Origin: Malacoraja senta
Lineage: Eukaryota
Direction: 5' to 3'
DNA: 64,000 nucleotides
Assembly: GCA_038087875.1 (NCBI GenBank)
Contig: CM075979.1
Span: 69,006,001-69,070,000 of the forward strand
The notes under the pieces are model-generated. The model did no database searches. It was given only the letters and a program-made list of their open reading frames with translations, and was not told where the DNA came from. A program made the position numbers and the translations under genes. Every line of letters starts with the position of its first letter. Position 1 is the stretch's first letter. Below, piece by piece: positions 51,160 to 64,000 of the stretch.

Positions 51160-54100
51160 TAAGGCAGCAACTCTGCTGCTGTCCCACTGTGCTGCCTCTA
51201 GATCTAGATGCCTTTACCAGGAGAAACATCTTCCTCTTACCCACCCTATTGAGCCTTGTAAGAATGTTACTTATTTCATTGAAGTCACCTCTCATCTTTC
51301 TAATGACTAGAGGCCCAGCTTAATCAATCTCTGCTCATACAGCAGATTTGCCAACGCAGAAACCTGTCTGATGACTCTTCAATGCGCTCCCATTATTGCG
51401 AGTGCACCTTGTGTCTGCCGCCTCTATCTAGGAACGGAGCGCCAACAACAGGGATGTGACTGGACTATTTCCCTGTGTCTTTATGGTTGGCAGAGAGTGG
51501 CATTGGCAAAGGACCGGGGCTTATTGCCACTCAGCCACTTCACCAGAGTTGGCAGCATAAGCAGACAGGGAAATAGAGGGGAGACCGGACCTGCTGATCT
51601 TGAATCAAGAAAGACACTGCTTTGCCAGTGCGGTCTGTAAATTTGCTTTGCACAACAGCCTCCTTCTACATAACAAGTTGGCATTCAGCAGGCAGACACG
51701 TGAAAGATTTCTAGGAAAGCTGGTTGCAATTAAAAATCCACCATTTTCTACCAAATATCTTAAGTCATGAATTTAGTCCTTTTTTTCGAATGGGACAGCT
51801 TACTGTCTGGAAGTCACCATTCCAGTGCGGAGCGATGGCACACTGGTAGAGTTGCTGCCTCACAGCACCAGAGACCCGGGTTCGATCCTGACTACAGTTG
51901 CTGTCTGTACGGAGTTTGTACGTTCTCTCTTTGACCACGTGGGTTATCTCCGGGTGCTCTGGTTTCCTTCCATATTCCACAGATGTACAGGTCAGTAGGC
52001 TGATTGGCTTGGTAAATCTGCAATTGTCCCTAGTGTGAAGGATAATGTTAGTGTACGGGGATCGCTGGTAGACGGGGACTCGGGGGGCCGAAGGGCCTGT
52101 TTCCACGCAATATCTCTAAACTAAAAAACGAAAAACGAAAAAAACCCAAAATTCATAACTTTCCACAAAGATTAATGATCTAAACTAGAGATAACCACCA
52201 AATATGGGGTTATAGGCCACTCAAGACTGGAATGATGGGACGTTTCTGCACCTAAAGTGTGGTAAATCTACAGCACAGAGGCTTGAGGCTCAGTTATTGA
52301 GTTCATTCAACGCTGTGCCGATAGATTTCTGGACAATAGAAACAAAACCCAAAAGCTATGGGGATAAGATAGGAAAATGCTGTTGACATAGAAAATCTAC
52401 CTGAATCGAACAAGAGGCAAAATGGCTGCATCCCGCTCTGATTTTTTTATGTTGTCTGCTCACCATTACTTATCTAAATAATGCACAGCATTGTCGTGGG
52501 AGTGCAAGCAAAGATTTAACCGACTATGCCAAAGGTACGTCCTTTTAGTCTGGTCCTAGACTCTCCCACTAGTGGAAACATCCTCTCCACATCCACTCGA
52601 TCCAGGCTTTTCACTATTCGGTAAGTTTCAGAGAGGTCCCCCCCTCGTCCTTCTAAACTCCAGCGAGTACAGGCCCAGTGCCATCAAACGCTCATTATAT
52701 GTTAATCCAATCATCCCCGGGACCATTCTCATAAACCTCCTTTGGACCCTCTCCAACGCCAGCACATCTCTCCTCAAACCCTTTAAGATGTTTCTTTATA
52801 AACCTATTCGATTGACAAAGCATCTCGTTATGTGTTTCATGTCAAATATTGATTGAAGGAACTCAAGTGAAATGCACTTAGAATGCCTTGCTTATTCAAA
52901 AATGGAAAATCAGATGTAAGATGTTGTTATTGAATAATTCAGTAATTCAAAATCAGTAAATTAAAAAAAATCAAAGAAAAATTAGATTTTTTTTTCTATG
53001 ATTTGCAGCGATCTAGAATACACTGTGTAAAATTCAATAGTAATTCATTAGAGATAGAGCTTGGATACAGGCCCTTCGGTCTACCGAGTCTGTGCTGACC
53101 AGCGATCACCCCCTAAACACGAGTGACAATTTACAGAAGCCAATTAACCCACAAAGCTGCACGTCTTTGGAGCGTGGGAGGTAACCAGAGCACCTGGAGA
53201 AAACCCACGCGATCACAGGGAAAACATACGAACTCCATACAGACAGCGCCCGTAGTCAGGATCGAGCCCAGGTCTCTGGCACTGTTAGGCAGCAACTGTA
53301 CCGCTGCGCCACTATGCCGCCCTGACTCATGTTACATTCATAATAATGAACATTAATAGTATTTCATGTTACAACTTGTTGCAGTAACATAGGTTAGTGA
53401 TAAGAGAGAACCATTATATTTTGTAAATTGGATATATTATTCTAAATGTTATTGCATTGAAAAAATGCCAGTTTGGTTTTCAGTATGCAAAGCTTGCTAA
53501 AATCGTCCTGCACACTATTTAGTTAACAGCATTAAGACATGGGTTAAATTCTTTAACTAAACACCACCGGGTGGAATTTCAGTTATTTGTATAATCTCAC
53601 ATATTAAGCCATCACTGTGGTAACCCGTCCACAGGTTCCCATCAATGCACAAGTTGTAATAGGCTAGACAGATATTTTTTGGACTTTTATTAGTTTGCAA
53701 TAATATAAAATTATTCCTGTAGCATATTTATCTGGAATGGAAATAAATTAAACTTATCCATACATGCTTACTGTATGATAATGTTGAAATACTGTATAAC
53801 ATGCATATTCCACAATTATATTCCATTATTATAAGCTTAACTCTAATTTATTGTAAAACATATTTTATGTATAAGGCTCTAGTTAAAAATAGTTATGTCG
53901 TCTAACATAGTTATGTCTAAAATAGTTATGTCGTCTGACATAGTTATGTCGTATAGCTTCCCTGTTGGTCTACCTTGGAACGTAAAACAGTTGCATTTCC
54001 CAATACATTTTCCGTGGCGATTTATCGGATGTTAGATAAGTTGCTTGTTCTTGTCAGTTTGCATATGGTTTTATAGTTAACTCAGTGAAGGCATCAAGGT

Positions 54101-55273
54101 GTCATTTCCCAAGTTTCCGGTGGGGAGAAAAGTCCATCTTTCCTTTATATCAGGTGTTGATTGTGAGACCTGGCTGGTGAGGGTTTCAATCAGTGATGTG
54201 AAGTCCCATTATTACATCCATTTAACCTAAACGTATACTATTAACAAATAGTATACTACTGACTGGGATCATTGGCACTGTATCAGACAGACACATATTT
54301 GTCAGAAACTGCATTAACAGAGATACATTAACATTTGGATGTTTGGGCCAAATGCAGGCAGGTGGGACTAGTGTAGATGGGGCACGTGGGCTGGAGAGAG
54401 CAAGTTGGGCTGAAGGGCCTGTTTCCATGCTGTACGACTCCATCATTCTATGGATACAGATTTAAAACTATTGCCAAAGAAGCTAGAGAAAGTTTAGGAG
54501 ATTTTTTTCTGATGATTAGCAGTGATCAGGAATACATTATGTAAAATTCATTAGTAACATTCAAAAATCAAGTGAACATTTGGAAAAAAATGTAATTAAA
54601 TTCTTCTTTTAGAAGAATGGGCCTGTTCTTTTGATGTTTCATTGAGACAACATGAGCTCGATTGCGCACATTTTCTCCTCTTGTTAGATTTTGGGGATCC
54701 AGCTTGAAAATAGGCCGTTTGGCCCACCGAGTCCATGCCGATTAGCAATCACCCTTTACACTAACACTACCCTACACACTAGGGACAAGTTATAATTTTA
54801 CCAATTAACCTACAAACCTGTACGTCTTTGGAGTATGGGAGGAAACCGGAAACCCCACGCGGTCACAGGGAGAACGCACAAATTCCGTACAGACAGCACC
54901 GGTAGTGGCCCATTCTTAGTCACGTGTGTGACCAAAAAGATGAAATATTGTGTACATCTCTTCTAATTCTGAAAGCAGTACAGGTATATTGTTTTGTGCT
55001 GTATATATGATTCATATTTTTTTTCGGTTTATCAGGTGAAATTTTATATGTTATGCTGACAATGTTTGTTTAGGGTCTGAGGCTAAATATGACTGGTCAC
55101 GTGTGTGATGTTTTGGTTCGCTTTCCAAAGAATGGGCCCAGTCAGGATCTAACCTGGGACTCGGGCATTGTGAGGGAGCAACTCTACTGCTCGTACACTG
55201 ATACCACGTAAACCCATTGAATGATTGTAGCAAATTTATTATTTCAGAACTGAAATGCCATTTTTAAAACCTA

Positions 55274-56694
55274 CTAGTGGGACCCGTTGGGTCCCAGCAT
55301 CACACAGTCCCCCAACGCAATATTCCACCTCTCCACCATTTCCAATATTGGTGGCCAGTGGTGGTGGGGGGGGGGGGGGGGGCTTTCTGGAACGCTAGTA
55401 TGGGTGTTGTGGGCTGAAGGGACTGGTTTCCAGAGGGCCAGTATGGACATTGTTGGCCGAATGGATTCTTGGGCTGGCGGCTCAGTCACTCAAGCCTGTT
55501 GTGCTGGCAGCTCACTCACGGCTGGTGGGCTGGCAGTTGACTCACAGCTATTCCTTGAAATTCCATTTCAAGCAGGGTGCAAGGCCACCAAATTCAAGTG
55601 CAGTTTCTTACCACTTCAAGCCGAGTGCAATGCCACCAAATTCAACTGCAGTTTCATACCATTTCAAGCAGGGTGCAAGGCCACTAAAGACAGTGAGTCG
55701 TGACCTCTCCCTCCTCCATCTTGCAGAGACTGAGCCACTCCCACACTTCTGAGTTTTATAGTCCCCCCCTCCCACCAGAAGGGGCGTGGCCTTCATGCCG
55801 TGATTGACAGGAGAGAGAATCTCAACATTTTTTAAACACTAATATCTCTTTTATTTTTCATCGATGGGAAAAATCCTCGGCACCTGATGAGCGGAGGGGG
55901 ACTGAGTAAGATGGCCAAAAATCACAGCCGTACGTGGTAACGTTTTTTCTAAAAGCAATATAAAGGGAGTGGTCAAGATTAGACTTTAATTATATAGAAG
56001 GCAAGGCAACTTTAGGCAAGGTAACTTTAATTAGGCAAGGCAACTTTAATTAGGCAAGGCAACTTTAATTAGGCAAGGCAACTTTAATTAGGCAAGGCAA
56101 CTTTAATTAGGCAAGGCAACTTTAATTAGGCAAGGCAACTTAATTAGGCAACACAACTTTAATTAGGCAACACTGCTTTAGCATTTCCAAACAAAAGGCA
56201 ACACAGCTTTAGCATTTCCAAACCAAAGGCAACACAGCTTTAGCATTTCCAAACTAAAGGCAACACAGCTTTAGCATTTCCAAACCAAAGGCAACACAGC
56301 TTTAGCATTTCCAAACTATATTTTCAAACCACATTAAGGGTACTGACAGGTCAGTAAGCCACTGACAGTTTAGTAGGCATGTGTTCAGTGTTATTCACAG
56401 CTCAGACTGAGAGACGTGACCCTCTTGCTCCCCCATCTTGCAGAGACTGACTGAGACGGGTTTTATAATCCCTCCTGAAGGGGCGTGGCCTTCAGGAGAG
56501 AGAATCTCAACATTTTTTAAACACTAATAACTCTTTTATTTTTCATCGATGGGAAAAATCCTCTTGTCCTGCACAGCGGAGGGGGGCTCTGAGTAAGATG
56601 GCCAAAAATCACAGCCGTAAGTGGCAGCATTTTCTCTAAAATCAATATACAGAACAACAGGAAGTGGTCAAGATCAGACTTTTAGTAATATAGA
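55274..56694 (-). mobile_element. Non-autonomous compound Helitron
   Basis: Minus strand begins A|TCTATATTACTAAAA at 56694 and ends GGGACCC-AAC-GGGTCCC-A-CTAG|T at 55274 (3' hairpin, CTAG, A/T target, no TSD). Confidence 0.8.
56000..56317. repeat. Compound minisatellite inside the Helitron (19-bp unit then 31-bp unit)
   Basis: (taattaggcaaggcaactt)n grading into (gcaacacagctttagcatttccaaaccaaag)n. Confidence 0.9.
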
Positions 56695-58941
56695 TAATGG
56701 TCCACTGAAATTATTTAAAATCCAATTTCTATTATTTCTAGAGTTTCGGTATCTTTCATGTTTTATTTACAAAATCACAATTGAGGATGAATTCATAAGT
56801 CATTCCCCAGTCAGTTGAACAGTTTCCCGATTGTGGTCAATTGGAGGTTAGGACAAAATCCCAAAGCTTGGTTTGACAGGATAACGTGCAAAAAATATCA
56901 AATATTGATGCAGCAAAAGTGTTGAACAGATAGGAAGAGGGAAAACACCAGGTGGATTTTTGGGGAAAGCTTTCGTCACAGACTCATAGAAAATATGTGA
57001 CAGAGCAGTAAGCTATTTTACCCATCATGAAGATGCTTGTGTGGAAAAGAAAGTGTTACTTAGTTTAATCTCAGCTGCAAACACTAAACACATAGTCCTG
57101 TGGGACTATTCCTAGGACATAGCTCTTCAAATGCACATTGATGTTCTTGTGAACAAATTCTAACCTGACCACACTCTCACTTCACTCCTGCCTTCGGGGA
57201 GAAGGTACAGGAGCCTGAAAACTGTAACGTCCAGGTTCAGGAGCAGCTTCTTCCCTACAACCATCAGGCTATTAAGCACTACAACCTCCAAATAAGCTCT
57301 GAATTGCATAGACTTGGGGGCATTGGTTTTGTCTTTGCACTATTATTTTTTGTTTATTTGTTTAATATATAATGAACTTTTTTTTGGTGTTTGTTAACAG
57401 TTTTACAGATTTTTATGTTTACATATCTGTTGTGCTGCTGCAAGTAAGTATTTCATTGTTCCATTTTGGGACATATGGCAATAAAACACTTGACTTGACG
57501 TAATGTTAATTGGTCCTTTACCTCCATAGTTAAAAATAATAGGAAAAAGAGTTTTAAGGATGGGCAGTGAATGATGAGTTTGGCCGTGATTGCTCAGTCT
57601 TCCAACCTGCCTTGTTGTGGCCATTGCATTTTTAAAATATGCACTTCCATGTAGCTGTAACATTAGCTGTGCACTCTTTTTATTTTCTCTTTTGCTCTTC
57701 CTGATGTACTCGTGTATAATTTAATTTGCCTGGGTAGCACGTGAAACAAAGTTTTTCACTGTAATTGGTACACGTGACAACAATTAACCAACATCCCCTG
57801 AATGAATAAAATAAATTTAACTAAGTCCTCAGATCGGTTCTGCGATTAAAATTTGATCGTTATTGAGATGTGTTAGCAGTGACACCACCTCAATTTGTTT
57901 TAAAAGCAAGCATTGTGAATCTCCTGTTAAGGGTAATTTATTCCTTGGTTTACCTAACTTTTTTCGATGCCCTCAATATCCTTACCCAACCAAAACCTAC
58001 CAATACAGTCTTGAAAGATCCAATTCGACCCCTTCAAGAATCGGGCAGTTTTCCACATTTCTAATACTGTATCCCCATTAATGCGTATTGTTGCCATTTT
58101 CTGCTTGTGCTCTAGATGTCCAGTTTTCTTTCTTATCCTGTGAGAAAGGCTAATGGCACCTTAACAACGTTCTGAAAGGATCAAGAAAGTTCTACGGACC
58201 AGAGGAGGAAACAAATGGATTAACAAGCAAGTAACTTTGGGCGAGGACTACTCATCCGCCCAGCTTGCCCTTGAGCAAAACTGCAAAATGCAGATGGCAC
58301 CACTCAACCTCGGTTGGAGTGAAAGCCACTTAATGTAATGTAACTTTGCTGTTGTTTTCCTTCAGGAAATGCATACAATATTGTTTAATTATTACAAATT
58401 TGATTATTACCATTACAGGAATGTGTTAGAAAAGTCGCTCTTCAATTTGTTTTTAAATGCCTGCTCTACGAACCTTCTACCAAATATGTAAATCGCCACA
58501 GGTGAATTCGATGTAAAATGTTATCGTCTTACAGATTTTGTCACTTTGCGTTGCATATAATACTTTACTCATCAAGATATAGCGAATTACTAGACATGAT
58601 ATTTTCCAATCCACGCTTGTAATGGGCCAGCTACCTACATGAAAATATAACTTCAGATTTAAACTACCTGAACAATGATACTGAGGCTCAGATGTTCTTT
58701 TGCTGGTCTTACTGGAATTGAAGACCTCTGACTAATTATTAATTTCTAATGTACTTGAATTTTCACCAATGCTACTGATAATAATTGGCCACCTTTTCAG
58801 TCATTACTAGATTATTTTTCATCACCTGTCTTCCACATTAGAAGATAAGAATCATTCTCAATCTACAAGTACTAGACCAGCAAGACTTGTGTTTTCTAAT
58901 CTTCTCTTTTTGAATTGATGGGGAGAGCGGGTCGGCTCTCT

Positions 58942-59114
58942 TTAAATCACGATTGCGGAGAGGAGCCTGAAGCACATCATGAGCTCGATGGGAATGGGTG
59001 GTTTAATTTCATTGCCGTCGAGACGTAGGTAACGGAGTTGAGGCTGATTTTCTCCGATGGGCCTCTGATAAATATTGCTGACAGGGAGAGGGCAGATTTG
59101 CGGTCCATTAATCA
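58942..59114 (-). CDS. KERA: Keratocan last coding exon ((M)INGPQICPLPVSNIYQRPIGENQPQLRYLRLDGNEIKPPIPIELMMCFRLLSAIVI*)
   Basis: Polypyrimidine tract plus ttacag acceptor, phase 1. LRYLRLDGNEIKPPIP..LM.CFRLL is the keratocan C-terminus (PRELP has DGNYLKPPIP). TAA at 58944-58942. Confidence 0.9.
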
Positions 59115-59827
59115 CTGTAAATAAGAAAAAAAAAGAAAAAAAAGATCTGTATTAATATTCAGACAAAAATAATGATGGTAAATACGTCTCAGTGGTCTGC
59201 CTTGAGCGGGCAATATCGAATGGATGTTTTAGTTTAGTTTATTGTTGTCACGTGTACTGAGGTACAGCTTTTTTGTTGCGTGCTACCCAGTCAGCAGAAA
59301 GACTATACAAGATTACAATCAAGCAGTCCACAGTGTACAGATACAGGGTAAAGGGAATAATGTTTAGTGCAAGATAAAGTCTGATTAAAGATAGTCTGAG
59401 GGTTTCCAATGGGGTAGATGATGGGTCAGGACTACTCTCTAGTTGTTGGTAGGATGGTTCAGTTGCCTGATAACAGCTGGGAAGTGAACTGTCTCTGAAT
59501 CCGGAGGTGTGCGCTTTCACACTTCTGTACCTCTTGCCTGATGGGAGATGGGAGAAGAAGGAGTGATCGGGGTGAGACTCGTTAAGGGGGGTGATAAGTC
59601 AGATGGACCCGTTATCTCCCTCCCTCCAATGTTCCTGCATACTACAGTGTTACAACTGGGACTGTGCTCATTCATCATAGAGCACAGATTAAACGGAGTC
59701 AAAACATTTCAACAAAATGAACACATAGGACATTGCTGGAAGTACACAACTTAAATACATTACCATTTACAACCTGTTGCTCCTTGAATTTGCTGAAAAT
59801 AAAATGTATTTTGTTAAGAGGTTTTCT

Positions 59828-60330
59828 TGGTTATCTGAGGAGGGATGTGCTGGCTTTGAGAGGGTCAGGAGGGAGGTTTATTAGAATGATTCTGGGAATG
59901 ATTGGGTTAACATATGATGAGTGTTTGACGGCTCTGGGCCTGTACTCGCTGGAGTTTAGAAGGATGAGGGCAGACCTCATTGAAACTTACCAAATAGTGA
60001 AAGGCCTGGATAGAGTGGACGTGGAGAGGATTTGTCAACCAGAGGGAGAGTCTTGGACCAGAGGGCACAGCCTCAGAATAAAAGTTAGAGATGAGGAGGA
60101 ATTTCTTTAGCCCGAAGGTGGTGAATCTGTTGAATTCATTGCTACTGACAGCTGTGGAGGCCAATTCATTGGGTATTGTTAACGTGGAGGTTGACAGATT
60201 CTTAATTAGGAAGGGTGTCAAAGATTATGGGGAGAAGGCAAGAGAATGGGGTTGAGAGGGAAAGATAGATCAGCCTTGATTGAATGGCAGGGCAGACTCG
60301 ATGGGCTGAATGGTTTAATTCTGCTCTTAT
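59828..60330 (+). mobile_element. Degenerate CR1 LINE 3' fragment
   Basis: ORF 59733..60110 contains LGLYSLEFRRMRADLIETY; CR1 3' UTR. Confidence 0.85.
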
Positions 60331-61379
60331 GACTTTAAAACATATAAAAGCCCGGCATTATTTATTTTTAAAAATACTATCATAAAGAAAAAGTAACTTT
60401 ACAATTTAACTTACAATACCATATACACTTACATCTATGGCGTTAAACTATTAGGTCATGGGGGTCAGAGTGGATTACAGTTGACATTTTATTCCGGGGG
60501 TTTTAGTATGATTACTTGAAATGTTTAAGAAGAATTGGTGAGAATTTATATTGAACGTAAAGTTACTGGGACATCTCGAGCATATGAAATTGGTTCACCT
60601 TGGACATTTACAATCAAAAAAAGGGTGAAAGAGAGCTGGAAAGAATGTAATCGTTATTACTTTGCAGAGTCAAAATTCCTTTTACAGAAGGTCAAGTCAG
60701 AGGTTATAGCGAGAAGGCAGGAGAATGGGGTTCAGAGGGAAAGATAGATCGGCCATGATTGAATGGCGGAATAGACTTGATGGGCCGAGTGGCCTAATTC
60801 TGCTCCTACGACACAAACTTATGAAGTCTGAAGCTGGGCCATTCATGATATTGTAACCTTGCGACTTGCGATCTGCTTTTAACAATGCTTACTAGATTAT
60901 TAGCAAAATCCTTGTAAGTTTTGAATAGCCTGGATAGAAGATCGACCTTTTTAATTTGTTGAGCAAAGAAGGCCTACATTTTGATAGCATGTTTAGAAGT
61001 GGTGAGGAATAAGCTGGATAATGGAAGGACACAAAGTGCTGGAGTAATTCAGCGGGTCAGGTAGCATCCCTGGACAATATGGATAGGTAATGTTTTGGGT
61101 GGGGACCCTTCAGACTCTTGAGTCACTGAGTCATCACCTATCCATGTTCTCCAGGGATGCTCCCTAACCAGCTGAGTTAATCTAACACTTTATGTCTTTT
61201 ATTAAAAATGAATGGAAAAGCAATGTGCCTTGTGTTCCTAATCTGCAATATTGGTGGGCAAAATTCTTATTCTCGGATTGCAAATTCATAATATGTTCTC
61301 TACAATCTCTTTTGGAGACCAAAATGCGTGTGAACTTTCAGCACAAATACTCAAGACATATCCAGTAAACAACAAGCTT

Positions 61380-62030
61380 TAGAAACAAGGAACCTGCGAT
61401 GCTTGTTTACAAAAGAAGACACAAAGTGCTGGAGTGACTAAGGATGAAGGCAGGAGAATGTGGTTTAGAGAGAAAGATAGAACAGCCATGATTTAATGAT
61501 GGAGCAGACTCAATGGGCTGAATGTCCTAATTCTGCCTAATGAACATGTACTCAGCAGGTTAGGCAACTTCTCTGGAATACATGAATTGTTGACATTTCG
61601 GGTCAGGATTCTTCTTCAGACTGTGTAGAAAGGGGGAGGGGAGGGGGGGGGGGGTTGGCAGGAACAAAGCTTGGCAGGAAATAGGTTGATACAGGTGAGG
61701 AGAGTTTCTTGATAGGCAGACGATTGGACAAAGGCCAGAGATAAAAAGACAGAAGGTTTGAGACAGAAGGATTGAAGGGTTGTAAATTGTGAAGCTAGAG
61801 GAAGGAATGTAGGTGGAATGGGAGGGGGAGGAGAGAAATAGGTGTGAGGGGCAGGGAAGAAGGAGGGAGCTTATAGAAGGAAACGGGGGAGGGTTATGTA
61901 GTTACCTAAAATTAGAGAATTCAATGTTTATACCGTTGGGTTGTAGGATACCCAATGATTAAGTAGTTTGTGTGTGGCCTCACTCTGGCAATGGAAAAGG
62001 TCAGTGTGGGAATGGGAAGCGGACTTAAAA
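61380..62030 (-). mobile_element. Penelope-like element 3' fragment in the KERA last intron
   Basis: Same pseudo-LTR and GIY-YIG tail (gttacctaaaattagagaattcaatgtttataccgttgggttgtagg). Confidence 0.65.
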
Positions 62031-62526
62031 AACACACTGGAATACTAGTTATTTGAAAAACAGGGAGGGTTGCAGTGGTAGAGTTGCTGCCTTACAGTGC
62101 CAGCGACCCGCGTCCGATCCTGACCATGGGTGCTGTCTGTATGGAGTTTGCACGTTCTCCCTGTGACTGCATGGGTTTACTCCGGGTGCTCCGGTTTCCT
62201 CCCACATACCAAAGGTTTGTACATTAACTGGCTTCAGTAAAATTGTAAATTGTCCCTAGTGTGTAGGATAGTGCTAGTGTACGGGGTGATCCTTGGTCAG
62301 CACGGACTCGATGGGCCGAAGGGCTTGTGACTAACCAAAGGTTTGTCATTAACTGGCTTCAGTAAAATTGTAAATTGTCCCTAGTGTGTAGGATAGTGCT
62401 AGTGTACGGGGTGATCCTTGGTCAGCACGGACTCGATGGGCCGAAGGGCTTGTGACTACGCTGTATCTCTAAAGTCTAACGTGGGTGTAAATTCTCATAC
62501 AGGCGTCTGAATAACCTCTTACTTAC

Positions 62527-62565
62527 TTTTGATTTGGTTGTGGTCCAGATGTAAATGCTGTAGTC
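62527..62565 (-). CDS. KERA: 3' end of the keratocan large coding exon (LQHLHLDHNQIK), truncated by an assembly gap
   Basis: Matches keratocan LQHLHLDHNKIK; phase-1 donor A|gtaagt is compatible with the 59114 acceptor. Confidence 0.85.
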
Positions 62566-62765
62566 NNNNNNNNNNNNNNNNNNNNNNNNNNNNNNNNNNN
62601 NNNNNNNNNNNNNNNNNNNNNNNNNNNNNNNNNNNNNNNNNNNNNNNNNNNNNNNNNNNNNNNNNNNNNNNNNNNNNNNNNNNNNNNNNNNNNNNNNNNN
62701 NNNNNNNNNNNNNNNNNNNNNNNNNNNNNNNNNNNNNNNNNNNNNNNNNNNNNNNNNNNNNNNNN
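62566..62765. other. Assembly gap (200 N)
   Basis: Run of N; the round number suggests a placeholder of unknown true size. Confidence 0.99.
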
Positions 62766-62949
62766 AGAACCATTGACCATTGACTATTGACCATATCTCA
62801 GCTGGTCAAGCAGCAATCCTGGAGAACTGCGAATCTGAAAAAGGGTCCCCATTCGAAACGTCACCTATCCCTTTTCTCCAGAGATGCAGCCTGACGCGCT
62901 GAGTTACTCCAGCACTTTGTGTTCCAGCTTCTGCAGTTCCTGTGTCTCC

Positions 62950-63300
62950 AATTCCTGTAAGAAATTTCTTGCCACATAATAGCAGAGTTTGTGGCAGCGT
63001 TGATCTTCATCTCAGTGTGATTATTGTCGGTTAAAACATGCATCTTAAACTAATGGTTCATCTGGTTTGCATTTCACCTACTTAAGCATGCACAGTATAT
63101 GCAAAAGTTTCTTTATCACTCTTGTCAACTTCCATACAATAAAGTTTCATGTCAGCATCTGGCTTCATCTTCAGTTTGCTTTTTGACTTGCAAGCTGCAA
63201 TAATATGATCCTTCATTTGGCATTTATAACACTTGGCTGTTTTGAATTTACATTGCTGTTCTGACTTATTACCATCACAACTCCCACAAGTCGTGTTGGT
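62950..63300 (-). mobile_element. Degenerate Ty3/Gypsy gag-protease remnant
   Basis: 63288-63190 translates CGSCDGNKSEQQCKFKTAKCYKCQMKDHIIAAC (second knuckle is a perfect CX2CX4HX4C); downstream EMKINAATNSAIMWQEISYRNW resembles a decayed MEIDTGA protease motif. Confidence 0.65.
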
Positions 63301-64000
63301 GCTTTCCTTTCTCGGTTTAACTGTGCAATACTTCTGTATGAATATAAACTATGTCCAGAGAACGTTCTCATTCCCCCGAACTTTTGCAGAACGTTTTTCC
63401 AGCTGGGTTTACACAGCCACTCCACAAGTTGCTGGGCAGCGAACTGACAAGTCACCAGCAAATACCTGTCTCAAGCACCAAATGTTTAACCTCCTCTGTT
63501 ATCCCGGGCCTCAAGCTCTTGATCACAACTTTCAAAGCGCTCGTGATTAGGAGGGAAATTGTCTAATCTGATGGGCAGCTGAGAACGCCTGGAGACTTAT
63601 CAGACCAAATATTTATCTTGGATCACTCAGACGATTTTCTGGTTGTATCCAGATTGTTAAAATGCAGTTATGAAAACAAGGCTTCACAGGTTTACATTGA
63701 AAAAACAGGCTCTCTCTCTGCGTTTACATTTTATGTGACACAAAGAAAAATAAATCTGTGAAGTTATTCCAGTACTTTAATTTAATTTCAATATTGTTCT
63801 GGCAGAGAACAAAGTTGGATGTTAGTTTGGATAAGAAGTAAGAGGTCTTTCATCTCTGGACCTAAATGTGGGATGAGCGAAGATTGCATCTTTGTTGTCA
63901 GTGTTGTAAATCTCCTCTTGTAGAGCATTTAATGGGCTTCAGTCTTAGGTCCTGCAAGGATTTAGTCTATGCTATGAGTGAGATAGACACAAAATGCTGG

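Noticed and set aside
50126-51323. Cluster of overlapping ORFs as a gene
   Set aside because: Low-complexity GC-rich and microsatellite sequence open in many frames, with no recognisable domain or splice structure.
53880-53957. Short tandem (atagttatgtcgtct) repeats
   Set aside because: Simple slippage repeat with no further structure.
58942-59114. Calling the class II SLRP PRELP
   Set aside because: INGPQICP and LMMCF are PRELP-like, but DGNEIKPPIP and LQHLHLDHN match keratocan, and synteny with EPYC agrees.

Overview
Repeat-dense vertebrate genomic DNA. The repeat content (HE1-type tRNA/V-core SINEs with CR1-like tails, CR1, Penelope-like and Rex1-like LINEs) points to a cartilaginous fish, probably a skate or ray. 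The minus strand carries two small leucine-rich proteoglycan (SLRP) genes. The first is a complete epiphycan (EPYC) gene with six coding exons between 31666 and 3204 that splice in frame to 324 aa, plus a probable non-coding first exon near 33130-33185. The second is the 3' end of keratocan (KERA): its last exon is at 58942-59114, and its large coding exon is cut by a 200-N assembly gap at 62566-62765. The order and orientation match the conserved EPYC-KERA-LUM-DCN cluster. Notable mobile DNA includes a full-length Passport-like Tc1 element, a young 5'-truncated L1 nested in a Penelope foldback, many Penelope pseudo-LTR repeats with minimal hammerhead-ribozyme-like cores, two non-autonomous Helitrons, Harbinger and pogo-like MITEs, an RTE-derived bipartite element, a solo LTR and a Gypsy gag/protease fossil. 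No clearly new gene system is evident. The best leads are the hammerhead-like repeat family, the possibly horizontally transferred Tc1, and a duplicated hairpin/SOX-motif element bracketing the EPYC first exon. All family assignments come from manual reading and recall, not database searches.
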